Source of the DNA: Octopus sinensis
Taxonomy: Eukaryota
Reading direction: 5' to 3'
Length of the DNA: 64,000 nucleotides
Assembly (NCBI RefSeq): GCF_006345805.1
Contig: NC_043011.1
Span: 52,836,464-52,900,463, forward strand
Each line of letters starts with the position of its first letter. Within the stretch, counting starts at the first letter, position 1. Made by a program: the position numbers and the translations under genes. A model generated the notes under the pieces. That model did not search any database and was not told where the DNA came from. It saw nothing but the letters and a program-made list of their open reading frames with translations. Shown here piece by piece: positions 23,994-38,100 of this stretch.

Positions 23994-24381
23994 TGTGGAG
24001 GCGCAATGGCCCAGTGGTTAGGGCAGCGGACTCGCGGTCGTAGGATCGCGGTTTCGATTCCCAGACCGGGCGTTGTGAGTGTTTATTGAGCGAAAACACC
24101 TAAAGCTCCACGAGGTTCCGGCAGGGGATGGTGGTGATCCCTGCTGTACTCTTTCACCACAACTTTCTCTCACTCTTACTTCTTGTTTCTGTTGTACCTG
24201 TATTTCAAAGAGCCGGCCTTGTCACTCTCTGTGTCACGCTGAATATCCCCGAGAACTACGTTAAGGGTACACGTGTCTGTGGAGTGCTCAGCCACTTACA
24301 TGTTAATTTCACGAGCAGGCTGTCCCGTTGATCGGATCAACCGGAACCCTCATCGTCGTAACCGACGGAGTGCTTCCAACC
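23994..24381 (+). mobile_element. Young full-length tRNA-derived SINE (family C) with 13-bp TSD
   Basis: A-box TGGCCCAGTGG and B-box-like GGTTTCGATTCC; CpG-rich; aaactgtagaaca is duplicated at 23981-23993 and 24382-24394. Confidence 0.9.
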
Positions 24382-24984
24382 AAACTGTAGAACAATAATG
24401 TGACTAAATGGAAGTAACTTGCAAAAGAAAAATGATAACCTGTTGATAAATAGAACTTGATAAAATGAATACTGATTGACTAAAATCCTGGAAAGCAGTG
24501 ACCCAGTATGGCCACAATACATAGTAAAACCAGTAAAAGAATAAGAGATTATACCCACTCAAGGAACACTGAGTCATCATTGCAAGTTAATGAAACACTT
24601 GTTAATTGTGCAGTGTTGCCACTTATTACAATTGTAAACTATTACCCTCTCCCCTCATTTATAACTAAATAGACTAGACTGATTTCATGGTCGTTTTATT
24701 GCATGGTTGACAGAAAACAAACAGCTGACCCCTGTTAGGATGACTATGAGTAGTTTTCATTTTAGAAAAATGAAGTAAAAGAATAAAGCTAGAAGAACCA
24801 AAGTATACATCTGAAATAATTTTTGTCCAATAACAACAATAATGTGATAGCCAGGAAACCTTGAAGAGGTCAACTGTTCATCTAGAAATAGCGATGCAAC
24901 CGAATTCCCTCAAATCATATGCTACCCTTTTTAAAAAGGAAGGTAAAAAAATGCCTTGGTGATAGCTTGAAGGCCTTTGATTAC

Positions 24985-25370
24985 ACTCTTTTACTCTTTT
25001 TTACTTGTTTCAGTCATTTGATTGTGGCCATGCTGGAGCACCGCCTTTAGTTGAGCAAATTGACCCCAGGACTTATTTTTTGTAAGTCTAGTACTTATTC
25101 TATCAGTCTCTGATGCCGAACCACTAAGTTACAGAGACAAATACACCACCATCGGTTGTCAAGCGATGTTGGGGGGACAAACACAGACACACAAACATAC
25201 ATACATATAAATATATACACATATATGACAGGCTTCTTTCAGTTTCCGTCTACCAAATCCACTCACAAGGCTTTGGTTGGAACAAGGCTATAGTAGAAGA
25301 TACTTGCCTAAGGTGCAACACAGTGGGAACCATGTGGTTGGTAAGCAAGCTACTTAGCACACAGCCAACA
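24985..25370 (-). mobile_element. SINE family A copy
   Basis: Full family A layout, including the internal CA/TA microsatellite. Confidence 0.85.
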
Positions 25371-26193
25371 TTTTCTTTTTGTCTTTGATCAGTAAGTGTA
25401 AAATCCTATTTGCTTCTATATAGAAATCAAAAGAAATGACTACAATTCTTTTATCCTTGATTTTGTGATCTGGACATTGATGTTTTGAAACTGACCTATT
25501 TTCCACTACACTTCAGACATATGCAGTGCTGAGCTGCTGAAGCAGATGTATCATTATAGCAAGTATTTTGATCAACATCACAGATTTGCTTGTCAGTTGC
25601 TTGACCAAAACCACTTGAACATGTCCATTAGTGGCTGACAACATGTACACCTCTGTTCATGAGCAGGAGTAGTTGGAGAGCTTCATATCCATGTGCTGAG
25701 AGAGATTCTTTGAAGTTTTGAATAAATGTAACAAAAGCAAAGTTTTAAAGGAAATATTAGCCATTTTTCATATTTTCTAGGGGTAAGCAATTAGGAAATA
25801 ACATTTTGCTGACCAAGGACAAAAATCATGTTACAGCGTTATAGGTCTACTCAATTAGAGATGACCTAGGGCATTAACGAGAACAAACAATCACAGCCAC
25901 TGTCACATTAATGGTTACTAAGATTGGCACAAGGTCGCACATTTTGTGGGAGGATATTAAGGTTGATTTGAAGATTAAGTGGAAACTTAAGAGGACAGAG
26001 GCAGTGGTGCTGAGTGGAGATGAGGGGGTGGTGGTGGCTGGAGAGAGACTTGAGATTTTCTCAGGAAATAATTTAAGATAACCCCTACCTCCATAAATAA
26101 GAACATTTCTAATTATATGTTCTGAGACAGTATTACCAAAACATTGTAAGTGAGTTGCTGATTACATAGCAATACTAGTAGTAGTAGTAGTAT

Positions 26194-26258
<65 letters not shown>

Positions 26259-27374
26259 TACATATATATACACACACACATACATATATATATACACACA
26301 CACACATATATATATATATACACACACACATATTATATATATATATATATGTGTAGATAGATAGACATACATACATACATATATATATATATATACAGTA
26401 TATAGCATGAACACACAAACTTTAAATTCCCAGACCTTTATTTAATATCATTTACGTTCAATTTCCGTACACACACAAAAGCATTATTGTTTGTTGGCAA
26501 ATTTCCACCAAATAAATGCTTTCAGGACTCATTTCACACTCTCCCTAGTGATTTCCCCCCACACCGAAATATTAGCATATACCTGAACTCTCCAACCCCC
26601 CCCCCCCCACCCCCGCCTGTCCTCGACCCACCTTGCCTCCATCTGTATAACTACAAATATATGAATGTATTTGCTGTTTGATTGCTAAGTGTTGAAATAA
26701 AGTAAAACTAAACAAATCTAATTAAATCCAACCACTCCCATACCACCAGTCATTGTCATTGTTCAAATAAATCATTAAAGCCATTAACACATATCAGTTG
26801 CCCTGGGTTCCTTAACTTGTTCAGACTAATCACTTGGAATCCATCTAACCTTTTCCCTTTCCCACCGCACAAACACAACCAAAGAAAAAGATTGACAAAC
26901 AACTTTAAGTGTTCAGTGAGTAGGTTGGAAGAGGGAGGGTTTGCAATATTTGAATACAGTTGTGCAACACAGTGTTTAGCTAATACTGATCCTATTACTG
27001 CAGCCACTAAATGGTAGTGAACTGGCAAAATCATTATTAGTGCAGCAGACAACGCATCTCGCAGTATTTGTTCTGTCTCTTTACACATTGAGTTCAAATG
27101 CTGTCGAGGTCAAGTTTGCCTTTCGTTCTTTCAGGGTCGATAAAATAATGTAACAGTCGAGAAGCAGGATGCAAACCTCTTTCCCCTCTAGCTATTATGT
27201 TGTGGATGTTACACTGGGTCAAGGAAGTGAAGGTGGAGGAAATGTCCACAACCACATGGACAACTAAAAAACAAACAAAACTAAATCATAATCATTTGTA
27301 AGTAACAGTTCTATTGAATAGTATGATCACTAGCATTGTTTTTATGTCCATTTTTCCATGTTGGCATAGATTCT

Positions 27375-27775
27375 TATTTCTTTATTGCCCACACGGGGCT
27401 AAACATAGAGAGGACAAACAAGGACATTAAGTCAATCATATCGACCCCAGTGCGTAACTGGTACTTAATTTATTGACCCCGAAAGAATGAAAGGCAAAGT
27501 CGACCTCGGTGGAATTTGAACTCAGAACGTAACAGCAGACAAAATATCTATTTCTTTACTACCCACAAGGGGCTAAACACAGAGGGGACAAACAAGGACA
27601 GACAAACAGATTAAGTCGATTACATTGACCCCAGTGCGTAACTGGTACTTAATTTATCGACCCTGAAAGGATGAAAGGCAAAGTCGACCTTGGGGGAATT
27701 TGAACACAGAACGTAGCGGCAGACGAAATACCGCTAAGCATTTCGCCCGGTGTGTTAACGTTTCTGCCAGCTCAG
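27375..27775 (-). mobile_element. SINE family B, partial plus full tandem copy
   Basis: cccac..ggggctaaaca.aga...accccagtgcgtaactggtactta...gaaaggcaaagtcgacct occurs twice. Confidence 0.85.
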
Positions 27776-28020
27776 AATCTATGTTGGCATAGATTCTGAG
27801 GCAATGTTTTATGACCAGATGCTTTTTCTGACACCAGTCCTTTTAGGCACTTATAACATGTTCTTAAAAAACTGGGATATGCATGCAACACATCATTGAT
27901 AAGACCAAGGAAGGTCAAAATCACATGATCTTGTGGTCTTGGTGCTGAAGGTGGTGGGGACTTATCTCCCCACTAGCAAATTAAACAAAAGTGCATTTTG
28001 CACCAAAACTCAATTTTTTT

Positions 28021-28212
28021 TCCTTTTACTTGTTTCAGTCATTTGACTGCGGCCATGCTGGAGCACCGCCTTTAGTTGAGTAAATCGATCCCAGAGCTTA
28101 TTCTGTGTAAGCATAGTACTTATTCTATCGGTCTCTTTTGCTGAACCGCTAAGTTACGGGGACGTAAACACACCAGCATAAGTTGTGAAGCGATGTTGGG
28201 GGTGGGGGACAA

Positions 28213-28279
<67 letters not shown>

Positions 28280-28396
28280 CGATGGGCTTCTTCCAGTTTC
28301 CGTCTACCAAATCTACTCATGCCATGCAGTGGGACTGAACCCATGACCATGTAGTTGGTAAGCAAGCTACTTACCACACAGCCACTCCTGTGCCTA
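28021..28396 (-). mobile_element. SINE family A copy (low divergence)
   Basis: cttttacttgtttcagtcatttgactgcggccatgctggagcaccgcc...cacacagccactcctg. Confidence 0.85.
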
Positions 28397-28408
28397 CTTA
28401 AGTGTGAC

Positions 28409-28526
28409 GCTTACAGCACCTAGGCTTCCCAAGTGGTCAACCATCTAAGTACTAACTAGGCTCGACATTGCTCAACTTTGGTGATTGGACGAGAACCAGT
28501 ACTTTCAATGTGATATGGCCACAAGA
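28409..28526 (-). pseudogene. Full-length 5S rRNA pseudogene
   Basis: Reverse complement tcttgtggccatatcacattgaaagtactggttctcgtccaatcaccaaagttgagcaatgtcgagcctagttagtacttagatggttgaccacttgggaagcctaggtgctgtaagc is colinear with metazoan 5S (~118 nt). It has many substitutions, several at CpG positions, and no oligo-T terminator. Confidence 0.9.
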
Positions 28527-28627
28527 GATTTTCTCAGTATAGATTGTTCTGCTGCAGTATAGATTGTTCCAATAGAACATCTACATTTAAGTGGGGATAA
28601 ATATTACCTCTTGGTATTTACACTACC

Positions 28628-28812
28628 TGTGGCACGTAAAAAGCACCCACTACACTCGTGGAGTGGTTGGCATTAGGAAGGGCATCCAGCCGTAGAAACA
28701 CTGCCAGATCAGACTGGGCCCGATGCAGCCTTCTGGCTTCACAGACCCCAGTTGAACCGTCCAATCCATGCTAGCATGGAAAACGGACGCTAAATGATGA
28801 TGATGATGATTT
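28628..28812 (+). mobile_element. RTE-tail short retroelement (family D)
   Basis: ggcacgtaaaaagcacccactacactc...ggaagggcatccagccgtagaaac...gctaaatgatgatgatgatgat; other copies at ~14525, ~51870, ~58856 and ~62208. Confidence 0.75.
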
Positions 28813-29119
28813 AATGAGCTGACTGGCTAATCGTGATAGAAGCATCTGTTTTGGCACTGATTTTCTATATCTTGCTGGCAGGGAAATGGATTGCTGCTAT
28901 CTCTAGCAGTCAAGTGTGCATCGTTGATAAAACCAAAAGCCAAAACCACATAAGGTGGTGGTGTCTCGGCACTGGAGAGGTAGCTGGAATTTATCTCCCC
29001 ACTTGTGATATAAACAAGAGTGCATTATGCAACAAAAGCCGATGTGAGAGATTTTCTCATGGTAACTGCTGCAGTATAGTTTGTTCTGATAAAACATCCA
29101 CATGTAGGGATAAATACTA

Positions 29120-29352
29120 CCTATTTCTTTATTACCCACAAGGGGCTAAACACAGAGGGGACAAACAAGGACAGACATAGGTATTAAGTCGATTACATCG
29201 ACCCCAGTGCGTGACTGGTACTTAATTTATCGACCCCGAAAGGATGAAAGGCAAAGTCGACCTCGGCGGAATTTGAACTCAGAACGTTGCGACAGACGAA
29301 ATACCGCTAAGCATTTCGCATGATGCGCTAACGTTTCTGCCAGCTCGCCGCC
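29120..29352 (-). mobile_element. SINE family B copy (low divergence)
   Basis: Near-consensus, CpG-retaining copy ending ...ttctgccagctcgccgcc. Confidence 0.9.
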
Positions 29353-30289
29353 TTCTTTTTTTATCCCTGTAGGGATAAATATTACCACACAGCTCAAAAT
29401 ACCACCAACTTCTCAAAAGTTTGACTGAAGTATATTTGGGAAAGTAAATCAGGACAGGCTGTTTGGATGATCGTTTTTCTAAGCTTTACTTCTGAGTGAG
29501 CACAATAAATGTACATTATAAATCCTAACTTTTGGGACATCTTTATTTTCAGTAATGACAAGTTGATCCAATTAAATACTATATGGAAACTTTCTTACCA
29601 AAAACAGGGGAATGTTCTGATGTCACAGTAATTGTCACCAATCCTCTATTCTGTTTATATGTGGGAGGGAAATGCAAAACATCACAGCTAACTCAAGCAA
29701 TTTCTAAACAATATGACAATCAAATAAACACTGCACTTAAGACAAGACACTGCTCACACATAGACTACACTCTTTAAGAAGACAAATGGAATGAATGAGA
29801 AGTGGGTAGATTTCACTTTGAGAGTCACTGTCTCGGCAATTTAATAAAGACACTTTGATAAGCCTTTTACAACAGGGGGTGGGATGGGGTGGGAGAGAGA
29901 TCAGAAAGACATTTTAACTATGGTATTTAATTGGATCAACTTGTCATTACTGAAAATAAATTGCTACTATTTTGGGTTTTTTTACCACTAATAACTCCAA
30001 ATAACAAAAACCTTACATGTTTAGTGAGAGTGGACTATGTCTATATCTGTACAATACAAGGTTCCAGTAAGTTTGTGTGAAGACATTTTGTATGTAGATA
30101 AGGGCAGGAAAAGATGAGGAAATGTTTCTCTTTTTAAATTTAGTGATTACCTAATTTTGTTTTTAGTGACTACTTTTTTTCTCCATGTATGGATTGTTTA
30201 CAAGCCACTAACCTGATTATGTTCCTCGCTATGGCAACGGTAACAAAAGCAAAAGAGCAATAATGTGTAGATAAGAAAAACACATAACT

Positions 30290-30700
30290 GGAGAGAGTTC
30301 TTTGCGAGTTGGATATCTTTCCTACCATCAACTAGTGAGTGTAAGTATATTTTATAGCCCGATTAATTAGGGACAGAATTAGATTAGATGAAATACAGTT
30401 TGGCTTTGTCCCAGAGAGAAAAGCACCACAGATGCTATTTTCGTAGTCAGGCAACTGCAAGAGAAGTATTTAGCCAAAAACAAGCTTCTGCACTTGGCAT
30501 TTGTTGATCTCGAGAAAGCCCTTGACAGAGTACCTCGCTGTGATATGGTGGTCTCTGGGGAAGCTAGAGGTTGACAAATTGTTTATGAAAGCAATGCAGG
30601 CTATGTACAGGGGTGTTGTTAGTAAGGTAAGAGTTAACCATGAGTTCAGTGACAAATCTAGTGTAGAGGTAGGTGTTCACCAACTAAAGGTTGGTGTTAG
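30290..30700 (+). mobile_element. LINE (RTE-like) reverse transcriptase fragment, frameshifted
   Basis: Encodes IRLDEIQFGFVP / STTDAIFVVRQLQEKYLAKNKLLHLAFVDLEKALDRVPR / KLEVDKLFMKAMQAMY, which are non-LTR RT motifs. Confidence 0.9.
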
Positions 30701-31834
30701 GAAGAGTACCCAACTGTAGAAACTATGCCAAAACAAACTATGGAACCTGATGCAGTTCCAACACTTTAGGTATTGTGCCAGTGTAAAAAATATTATTTAG
30801 AACTGCTGTAGAGTAAGAAATATGTTTCCAGCAAACCAAGTTTAAAGTCTTGAAAAACATGCATAAATGTTACAGATTTTCATTTCTTTCATTTTCTTAA
30901 ACTTTTATGCATTGTACTAACATAAGAAATATTAGTTGCTGCTGGAAATCACCATTATTCACACACACACACTGGGTTATAGGAGACACAGACAATGGCA
31001 ATCTACATATTCATTTAATCCAACTACACACACAAAGCAATATGAACTTAGCTTTTTTTTAATTTTTTGACAACAGCTCACTTTAGATAATGTCTGATCT
31101 TTTATCTTGTACTCATGGCTCGTGACTCATAAGCTAGCATTGAGGGATATAGAGATGGATGTATGGAGGGGAGGGTTGCACTAACTGAGAGAAAACACTG
31201 GTTATGTAACTACAGATTTGCATCACAAACTGATTGTAGACATTTTGTGGTAAATTTAGAAACTGTCATGATAAAAGAAGAAACAACTCTTAGATCACCA
31301 AGCTTTAAAAAGAATATTCTCATGAATGTAATTCAATCATAGCCGAGTATTTAATTCATAGATCTTTAATGATGGTACTAGGTTAATCTACTGACCTATG
31401 TGGGTACATCAGATCTAACGACACATACCTAATCCACAGCTTTATGTGGGTACATCAGATACAATTATGTAGCATACCCAAAGCCACAGAGGTATTTAAC
31501 AGTGCCTTAGTTAAAAAAAACACTTTATAGAAACTGCCATGGTGGAGCACACCCAAACCACAGTCATGGCTTGAGAATACCTAATCCAAATGACATTATA
31601 GTGGGACACACCATAAAAACACAACTACTGTGACATAGTTAATTCACAACTCCATGGTGATACATCTAACCTATGTTGCTATGACAACATCCATTTAATC
31701 CATTTTAATTCACATTACCACAGTGACACTTAATCCATATTTGACACGGAGAATCAATGTGACTATAGGAGGACATTTAAAATCATCAAATTGTTGCTAG
31801 TTATTGTGACAATACATTATTAATAAAAATGTCA

Positions 31835-32180
31835 GGATGATGATGATGAAGGTGGCAGTGAGTGGTGATGATGATGATGATGAAGACAGATCTAGTGATG
31901 ATGATAAAAGCAATGATAACAGGGTTAGTCACGATAATGAAAGTAATGATAACAGAGTTAGTGATGATGATGACGACAACAGAGCTAATGATGATGATGA
32001 TGATGACAACAGAGCTAGTGATGATGATAATTAGGATGATAACAGAACTAGTTATGATGATAGTGATGATGACGCTAATGATTATGACAGGGATAACGAT
32101 AACGATGCTGATGGAAAGTGGGGATAGCAATAATTTTCATGATGATAGTGATGGTAGTTATGATGACAGACATTTTTGAT
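31835..32180 (+). repeat. Degenerate (GAT)n trinucleotide tract
   Basis: Imperfect GAT/GAC/AAT repeats. Confidence 0.9.
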
Positions 32181-32539
32181 AAGAGAGATTTTTGTTGTTG
32201 CTTTTAATTTTCCCTGATTAATAGAAGTTTCTAATGAATGATACCCGAATTAGTTAGCTTGAGCAGAAAAATAAAACACTAAGATCAACTTAGTCTCAAC
32301 AAGAACACAAATAATAGTTATAACAACAACTATAACAGTAATGATACCTAACTTAATATAATGATATGGGTGTACATTTGGAAGAGGAATATGATCTAGT
32401 TGATTATATCAACCCAAGTACATAGTGAGTACTTCTTTTATTTACCTCAAAGGCAATGTTGAGCTTAATGGGACTTGAACTCAAAATATAAAGAGTCAAA
32501 GAAATACTGAAAATTATTTTGTCTACCTCAGACAGAAAC

Positions 32540-33085
32540 TCTCTTCAAAAAACAATGGAATGATAGCTATGAGCCATAAAATTGAACTTGATAGGCAGCC
32601 TTTGATATGAGCAAAAATGAATCCTGTACCACATGAATTCAAGCATCTACATAACCTATGTTCTTCCAGATGCTTTATACGGGCAAGACTGTGTCAACTG
32701 GAATTCTGTTGCACTACAAAAACTGAAAGTCTTTCAGAATCATGTAATGTGACTTATTACTAATACCAAATTCTCAGACCACCTCAGAATTGAACATTTA
32801 AGACAAATAGCCAAATTACCACCAATCACCTCTGACATCAAAAATAAAGTACTCAAATTGCTTGGCCATACTAAACGAATGGTTTGTGGCATCAACAAGA
32901 TCTGTTAGAAAGCGTGATTAATGGAAAGAGAAACAAAGGTCAGCAACCTAAAAGATGAAGAGATAACGCCACAACATGGACAGGTCTTGACACAGCTTCT
33001 CCTGAATGCTCTTGCCAAAGATCAAATACTGTGGCGGCAACTATCTGCTGCAAGTGAAGATAGCAGGAAATGATGATGATGATAT
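32540..33085 (+). mobile_element. Decayed RTE-LINE 3' end
   Basis: Remnant ...KVLKLLGHTKR...VINGKRNKGQQPKR*RDNATTWTG resembles the RTE C-terminus (G.I.GKR.RGRP...W.D.I..WTG); ends in (TGA)n. Confidence 0.65.
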
Positions 33086-35769
33086 TCAGGCTATATGTAT
33101 AAGCTGTATCATGCAATGTAAATGGATAGTGTGTTTAAAAACAGGCCCCATCTGTAGGCTGCCTCATTTTATCGATGTAAATATAAAAATACTCCCGAAT
33201 CCTAAAAAAGATCTGAAATCTGTGATACTTTTGGTTGCGGGAATTTCAGATGATAGATTCTCAACTGTACTTACATTATCAACCCCAGAGGGACGAAAGG
33301 TAAAATCAACTTCAATGTAATTTAAACTCTGTACCAAAGGGTTAAGACTAAATGATACAAGGAATTTAATTGGACACTCTAGCATTTCTGCTGTTCTACT
33401 GTATCTTTACATTAATATTATTGATTAGTCACATCAATAAGGACTTCTAACTAACATCAATAAGAGCAACAATATTATCAATAATCGTAAAGTTGAACTT
33501 TGCAAGAAAGAAGCATTCGTCTTGTAGGCTTAAAGAGAATTTTCCTAATCAAGTAATCATTCCACATTGAGGTTAGATGGATGGTGATTCAACATGTAAT
33601 AAAACTTGCAGGAGAGAAAAAAAAAAACCGTCAAGAACTATTAACATGAGATGACTGATTACTGAACACAAAGATTCAATTAGACAAAAGAGAGGGGCAA
33701 AAACATTGGATGATTTATTTTGAAAATAAAATATAGTAAAACACACTTGATAAATATCTTAAAGGATATCTTTGCCCTTGTCGTGGTGGTGGTGACAATA
33801 ATAGTGGTGATGATGATGGTGGTGGTGGTGGTTTGTAAATGGAAGTAAAGCATAAAACTATATAAACTGAACAAGTAAAACTGATAACGGTTATAGAAAA
33901 CCATGATGTGATAATGTAGCTCATGTATTATAGTGTTATCTGATTTTTACGCTATATACTTATTAAAATTCCAGAAACTTGCAGCAAACAATATAAATAA
34001 CTCCTCCTAAATATTAGCGAAAAAATACAGGAGATGAATAATGGACATATTCAGAAATTCTGACAAAGCGTTAGATCATGAAAGAATGGCTCATATTTTT
34101 AAAAATCCACTTACAACTAGTTACACTCCACCAACCACCAACACCACCACCACTTTTATAAAAATAGGAAAATTTGAATGGGCTTATTATCAGATGTGAA
34201 GAGATAAAAAAAGTATTTTTATTCTAAAAATTTTACATATTTCAAAACATTTTAAAAAATTGTTTTCTTCCTGCTTTCCTCTTAATTTCAATAAATAAAA
34301 ATGTAAGAAAGTTTACTGATTTTCAAAGATAATGATATTTATTGCTTCTCATACTCTCTGCCAAAGGAAGATTGTATATCAGCATTGTAATATAATTTGG
34401 CAACTGTTCCCCAAGTCATGCCAACCTGCCTAGTAAAAGGTATAAATCCTATTTTAGAAGGCAGCTCCTATACAACATGTCACCGCACTGCTGTTGAAAG
34501 TAATAAATTTTAATTCTTCTACATTTTTTGAACATATTCCAGAAAATTTGTAACAACAAACCAATTATTTTAGTTAAACAATTTTACTTCTTCTTCTTCC
34601 TTGTGTGAAGAATTTTCTTCCAAAATGAAACTCGTTAGCATAACACTATTATAGAATACAACCAGATAATTTTTTTTTTTTATGAAGAGAAATTTTTTTT
34701 CCTTTCTCCAAACAACATTCTTTAAGTTATCAATCAATATACCTAATTATCTACTTAAACATCACAGGCATCTAAAATCTACTACAGTATGTTGACGCCT
34801 AAAGCTAATGGATAGGACCCAAGAAAAAAAAACAACCCTAAAAACATTGGCATGGTAGAAAAACCACTTCAGCATTAAAATCCTTCAACACTCATGTATC
34901 TTCTACAGCTACAATAATGGCACCAATTTCTCTTAAGTGGCTTTTGTCACCTCCTTTTGAACATATGCAGCAAACTTTTAACTACACTCTTCTACAGATT
35001 ATTGGAAGTCAGAGTTGATCAGAGAACTAGACCTGTAAACACAGAACTAACCAAAGTATTTTGTGGATGACAGCAACTGTCCATGCATGCAAGTCTTCTC
35101 ACTTCATGTTTAAAGTGTTGTCCAAGACAAAGACTTTTCTTAAAAGACAGATACAGTTTGGCACCAGTGCTACTACAGGCTTTATCAATCAGAACAGAAA
35201 GAACTTGTATTGTAAACAATTCAGAATGAATTACTGGTCTGCATACAGCTGTCCAACAATCAGTCTCAGAAGTCTTGCAACTTCCACCTTTTTTAAAAGT
35301 TTACTTTTAAAAAGAGTACAAACTGATACATTATGTGATCATGTGAGCAACCAGGCTCTCAGATGTTGTTTAACATCACTGGTCACAATGTACTCTTGCA
35401 TTGTTTTAGCCTTCAAATGATGCCACCCCACTGGCTAGGTGAACAGGCCAACATTCTCCCCTGATCAAAAGGGGGTCTGGAATAACATAAAATGAAGTGT
35501 TTTGCTCAAAAAACACAATATTCTAAGCAAGCTACTAAACACACACACACACACACACACATATATTCTCTTGTTTAGGATTTAAAATGTTTTAAGAATT
35601 TTGTTGAATTTGGGCAGGGAGTAATGCTGGCTTGACAATAAAATGAAAAGAGACAGAGCCATATGGCAAAATGTAAAATTATTTGGTCTTGTTGCAAAAG
35701 AAATTTTCAATTAAAACATACAAATTTAAATGAATTTTAAAAATGTCAAAACCAGAGATCATATCTTAT

Positions 35770-36300
<531 letters not shown>

Positions 36301-36774
36301 AAAATATTTTGAGACACACACAAAGGTAAGTATGAATTGCTATTAAGTGCACACACACACACACACACACAAACCATATATAAACACACACACATATACG
36401 TACTCATACACAATCACACATATACACACACATACATACATACATGTATGCATGCATTCATACATACTTGTTTCTCCACCGTTCTCTCTAATTTAAGGTT
36501 TTAACCTACAAATAACTACATGGATAAACTAAGAACGTTTACGTCTGGAAGAGGATTTATTAATCCACATGAATTGATGTAACATATGTTTTAATTATCG
36601 ATTTGTTTACCTTGACTGAAAATCACACGTTTAAAGAGGAGTATGGTTGATTAAACCAACCCCCATATATCCTTGGCAATTAATCATTTTATTAACACCT
36701 GGGCAAATAAAAACATGAAGTTAGCTCAGGAAGGACTTGAACTCAGGATGTTAATATTAAATACTGCAAAAGAA

Positions 36775-36985
36775 GGCAGCAAGCTGGCTGAATCATTAAC
36801 ATGCCAGGCAAAATGCTTAGTGGTATTTTGTCCATCTTTATGTTCTGAGTTCAAATTCTGTCGAGGTCAACTTTGTCTTTCGTCTCTTTTGGGTTCATAA
36901 AATAAGTACCAGTTGAAAACTGGGGTTGATGTAATCGACTTATTCCTGCCTTGAAATTACTGGCCTTGTACCAAAATTAAATACT
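36775..36985 (+). mobile_element. SINE family B copy just downstream of exon 2 (in intron)
   Basis: ggcagcaagctggctgaatcattaac...ttctgagttcaaattctgtcgaggtcaactttg. Confidence 0.8.
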
Positions 36986-37065
36986 GCAAGACTTTTTAAT
37001 ACAGTACATTACATTTCTGCCATTCATTTGCATTTAAAAAAAAATTATTTTTATATTCTACTCAC

Positions 37066-37251
37066 CCCACAATATTCTGATTCATTAAAAACTTGAGGAG
37101 GTACTGGGACAGCCCCTTCTGTCTTTGCTTTGCTATTCTCCCGCATCAGAGTTCGTTCACTTGCATATCTGGGGTCTGTTATATCAATTTGAACAAAGTC
37201 AATTTTCTCAGCAGTTAACTTGTTCAAAATGAGTTGCTGACATTTCCTTTG
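37066..37251 (-). CDS. SH3BGRL: SH3BGR/SH3BGRL-family gene, coding exon equivalent to exon 2 (QRKCQQLILNKLTAEKIDFVQIDITDPRYASERTLMRENSKAKTEGAVPVPPQVFNESEYCG)
   Basis: Acceptor ttttcatcttttcag, donor GGG|gtgagt, 186 nt (62 codons, phase 0/0). Carries the family signatures (K/R)xxQQ, DIT(D/E)P, MREN and PPQ(V/I)FNExEYCG. Thioredoxin-like fold family. Confidence 0.95.
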
Positions 37252-37614
37252 CTGAAAAGATGAAAACAAATAAATAAATACATTGCAATGAAGTATAAGA
37301 GATTGGGTTAAGTAAGATGTAAGAAAAAATAATAAAGATGCATGGAAAAATGAATGAACACCACATGATCTCATGTGACTCTTTTTTCAATAAATATGGC
37401 AATTACTATTAAGAATTGATGAATTCTTGATGGAAAAGTTTTTCACAACTATTTTGACGCTCAGTTAATATAAGATAGACCAAAAGTCATGCACAAAATA
37501 AGTTCAACATGCTCTGGAATTGTCAAAGACATGCTTCAATTTTTCTAAAATTCAATAAGATATATAAAATGATGAAGAACACACATGTATTATACATGAA
37601 CAAAATGAATGATA

Positions 37615-38100
37615 ATAATAATAATAATAATTATTATTATTATTTCTTTTATAGGCTACAAGGGCCCAAGACACAGGGGACAATATCAAAGGATGTTACA
37701 ACACATGAAAACAAAAACAAAATCAGGTGGGGTTTACATCAATCAAAGGATACAATAGAAATTGGCGATATAATTAGGATCCCCAACAGTAGGGCAGTCC
37801 ATTTAGGGTATTTTAGGGTAAACCCTACACAAAAAATCCCGGATTACTCTGCCATCCCCATGACATGGGAAAGTGCCCTCTTCCAGTTTCATTCTTTCTG
37901 CTTAGAAAAATCAAACCATTCAGCCTCACCAGTCTTGCCACTCTTGTTCACCTTTTGACACACAAACTAGAAGGCAACACCTCCCTCTCCACCCTCTTCA
38001 AATGATATTTGAAGAATTGATGAGGGTTTGGCCAGACAGAGAAGTGCCTGTCTTCAAACCTTTCAGATGGTCCACCAAACAGCCTCTTTTGCCACAGTCA
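37615..38100 (-). mobile_element. 5'-truncated LINE 3' end (Tx1/L1-like) with (TAA)n tail
   Basis: Minus-strand remnant VAKEAVWWT...LPSSLCVKR*TRVARLVRLNGLIF, followed by a 3' UTR and ataaaagaaataataataat. Clade assignment is by resemblance only. Confidence 0.55.

Noticed and set aside
23994-24075. tRNA gene (also the heads at ~18380, ~43305, ~46506 and ~51425)
   Set aside because: A/B boxes are present, but there is no closed cloverleaf and the sequences run into SINE bodies.
35061-35420. 119-aa plus-strand ORF
   Set aside because: Non-ATG start, no recognisable motif and no flanking splice structure. It may be antisense to a very old LINE remnant.
37509-37958. 149-aa plus-strand ORF
   Set aside because: Antisense reading of a LINE 3' end plus (AAT)n.
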